From: Acidobacteriota bacterium | Lineage (GTDB): Bacteria; Acidobacteriota; Vicinamibacteria; Vicinamibacterales; Fen-181 | Assembly (NCBI GenBank): GCA_025363775.1 | Contig: JANYLG010000158.1 | Coordinates: forward strand, 112 to 64,111 | Reading direction: 5' to 3' | Length of the DNA: 64,000 nt | Part shown: in pieces, positions 60,971 to 64,000 of the stretch | How positions within the stretch are numbered: the stretch's first letter is position 1 | How the letters are laid out: the number at the start of each line of letters is the position of its first letter | The notes under the pieces: generated by a model | Database searches by the model: none | Told to the model about the DNA's origin: nothing | The model's input: the letters and a program-made list of their open reading frames with translations, nothing else | Program-made: the position numbers and the translations under genes

Positions 60971-61531
60971 TCATGATACCTCCGGTCGGGGCTTCCCGGC
61001 CCTGGCCGCCGGAACGGCGTCCATTCCTGGCCCCTCCCCTCCGGCAGCCGCCGGCGGGCGAGTCGGAGGAGGCGCGGCCGACGCGCGCACCAGGTCGGTC
61101 GGCGACGACTTGACGAGCGCCGTGTTCAGCCGCTGCTCCCAGTCGTCAAGGCCCCGCGCGAGCTCGTGCTTGACGTACACCATGAACTCGTTGACCTCAT
61201 GCTGCATGCGCTCGATCGTGCGTCGCATGTTCAGGACGATCTCGACCCCTGCGAGGTTCACGCCCAGGTCGCGGGTCAGCGACAGGATGGTCTCGAGCTG
61301 CTCCAGGTCCTCGTCGGAGTAGAGGCGGGTGTTCCCCTCGGTGCGCGAGGGTTTCAGCAGCCCTTCCCGCTCGTACAACCGCAGCGTCTGCGGGTGGATG
61401 TTGTACTTCTGCGCGACGGCGCTGATCATGTAGTAGGCCTTGCCGGCCGTCTTGGTCACCATGGGGTCACCATAAGTCCCTTGTGCGCGGCCGAACCTCT
61501 TCAGTTCAGGCTCGACCGGCGGGTGAGACAC
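60971..61531 (-). CDS. hspR: MerR-family heat-shock repressor HspR-like
   Basis: YMISAVAQKYNIHPQTLRLYEREGLLKPSRTEGNTRLYSDEDLEQLETI...GVNLAGV resembles Streptomyces HspR. Directly follows dnaJ. An alternative ATG lies at 61462. Confidence 0.8.
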   Translation of the reverse strand: MSHPPVEPELKRFGRAQGTYGDPMVTKTAGKAYYMISAVAQKYNIHPQTLRLYEREGLLKPSRTEGNTRLYSDEDLEQLETILSLTRDLGVNLAGVEIVLNMRRTIERMQHEVNEFMVYVKHELARGLDDWEQRLNTALVKSSPTDLVRASAAPPPTRPPAAAGGEGPGMDAVPAARAGKPRPEVS

Positions 61532-62635
61532 TCACAACTGGTCGTCCCACAGACCCCGGCGCACGTTGCTGCCGTTGATCTGGCCGAACTCGCGCACCAA
61601 CTCTTTCGAACGCTCGTCGAGGAGCGTCGGCAGGACCAGGCGCACCTCCATGAACAGATCGCCTCTCCCGCCGGTGCGCAGCGACGGCGCCCCGCGCTCG
61701 CGCAGCCGCAACCGCTGCCCCGACTGCGTGCCGGGCGGCACGCGCAGCCGCACCGGACCGTCAAAGGTCGGGATGTCGATCTTCGCGCCGAGCGCCGCCT
61801 CATGCAGGGCGACCGGCACCACCAGGTGCAGGTCGTCGCCCTCGCGACGGAACAACGGGTCCGGCCTCACGCGAACCGACAGGACGAGGTCTCCCGCCCG
61901 GCCGCCGCGCCGACCCGCCTGCCCGCGTCCTGGAATCCGCACCTGGGCTTCGTCGCTGACACCTGCCGGCACGTGCACGCGCAGGCTCTCTGCGCGCGAC
62001 TCGAGCCCTCCGCCCCGACAGGACCGGCACGTGGTCTCACAGCGCTGTCCCGTGCCTCGACATGCCTCACATGGCTTCGTGAACACCATGTGCCCGCGGG
62101 CCGTGCGGACCTGGCCCCGCCCCTGGCATCCGGCGCAGGTCACCGGGTCCACCGGCAGGGCACCGCTCCCGGCGCAGGTCCGGCACGGCGCCTGCCGCGT
62201 CAGCGCCACGTATTGTTCCGTGCCAGTCATCGACTCCTGGAACGAGACCGACAGGCTGGACTGGAGGTCGGCGCCCGCCTCCTGACCTGCCGCGGCCGAC
62301 GGCCGTGCGCTCCGCGCCAGGACGTCCGCGAACAGGTCGCCGAAGGTGGACGCCTGCTGCTCCGACGTCACGTCGACCGAGAAATCGAATCCTTCGAACC
62401 CGAACGAAAAGTCCACCGCGCGTGGGTCCTCGGACACTCCCGCGTCGTACGCGCGGCGGCGCTCCGGATCACTCAGCGTCTCGAACGCCGCCGTGATCTG
62501 GCCAAAGCGCGCGTGGGCCTCACGGTCCCCCGGATTGATGCCGGGATGGAACTTGCGGGCCAGGCGCCGGTAGGCCCGACGGATGTCGGGCAGACCGGCG
62601 TTCCGCTCCACCCCGAGAATGTCGTACACATCCAT
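61532..62635 (-). CDS. dnaJ: molecular chaperone DnaJ
   Basis: J-domain YDILGV...AYRRLARKFHPGINP with an HPG tripeptide in place of the usual HPD, and CxxCxGxG zinc-finger repeats (CRTCAGSG, CAGCQGRG, CEACRGTG, CRSCRGGG). Confidence 0.93.
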   Translation of the reverse strand: MDVYDILGVERNAGLPDIRRAYRRLARKFHPGINPGDREAHARFGQITAAFETLSDPERRRAYDAGVSEDPRAVDFSFGFEGFDFSVDVTSEQQASTFGDLFADVLARSARPSAAAGQEAGADLQSSLSVSFQESMTGTEQYVALTRQAPCRTCAGSGALPVDPVTCAGCQGRGQVRTARGHMVFTKPCEACRGTGQRCETTCRSCRGGGLESRAESLRVHVPAGVSDEAQVRIPGRGQAGRRGGRAGDLVLSVRVRPDPLFRREGDDLHLVVPVALHEAALGAKIDIPTFDGPVRLRVPPGTQSGQRLRLRERGAPSLRTGGRGDLFMEVRLVLPTLLDERSKELVREFGQINGSNVRRGLWDDQL

Positions 62636-62760
62636 GATTCGCCCGACGGGGCAACCCCCCGGGTCACCCCGCCTTTCCGCCTTCGCCCGTTCTGACTTCG
62701 GCGTGACAAGCCGGGCTTCGGCGGGGCAAGCCCGCCTTCCCGCCTATCCCGCCTTCCCGT

Positions 62761-64000
<1,240 letters not shown>

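Noticed and set aside
60967-62760. Search for HspR operator HAIR (CTTGAGT-N7-ACTCAAG) near the chaperone genes and clpC.
   Set aside because: No match was seen by eye in the intergenic regions of the window. The dnaK promoter lies beyond the window edge.

Overview
This is a visibly GC-rich, almost gap-free chromosomal segment from a diderm bacterium, shown by BamA, Skp, LptE, LolDE, LpxA/LpxI and a TonB-like protein. It is dominated by core housekeeping operons, most of them on the minus strand.

Gene order along the window:
- alaS 3' end
- an SPFH/Zn-ribbon gene pair
- a DUF4124-SLT transglycosylase
- HD-GYP plus a two-gene ABC exporter
- rpsT
- leuS-lptE-holA
- etfB-etfA-EtfD-like-DUF374-HDAC-like
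- yceD-rpmF-plsX-fabD-fabG-acpP-fabF (no fabH)
- miaA-hfq-deoB-dgt-like
- a TonB-like protein
- a four-gene glycosyltransferase/O-antigen-polymerase cluster
- ubiE
- bamA-skp-(fabZ::lpxA fused ORF)-lpxI-oxidoreductase
- clpC, then lolD-lolE-lysS-nusB-enoyl-CoA hydratase-VanZ-small membrane proteins-DUF2085
- a large membrane SpeE-like protein
- mtnP-PfkB kinase, a desaturase, a PA-IL-like lectin-domain protein, a small OM beta-barrel and a multi-domain response regulator
- dnaK-dnaJ-hspR-sigma factor-DnaC/DnaI-like ATPase-hemW-hypothetical

I recognised no rRNA, tRNA, CRISPR array, transposase, integrase, prophage or defence island. I do not see a convincing novel multi-gene system.

The most unusual signals are at the sequence level:
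- A family of 7-bp-period GCTGNNN tandem arrays abuts gene 3' ends at five loci.
- fabZ and lpxA are fused in frame.
- bamA and hemW carry in-frame tandem repeat expansions.
- A purine-rich 19-mer is shared by two intercistronic spacers.
- Several domain architectures are uncommon: SPFH+HTH, a Zn-ribbon DnaC-like ATPase in the heat-shock/sigma operon, and a SpeE-like domain between duplicated membrane modules.

Gene starts were refined by hand. GTG starts and 1-4 nt start/stop overlaps are frequent. All family assignments come from motifs recognised by eye, not from database searches.
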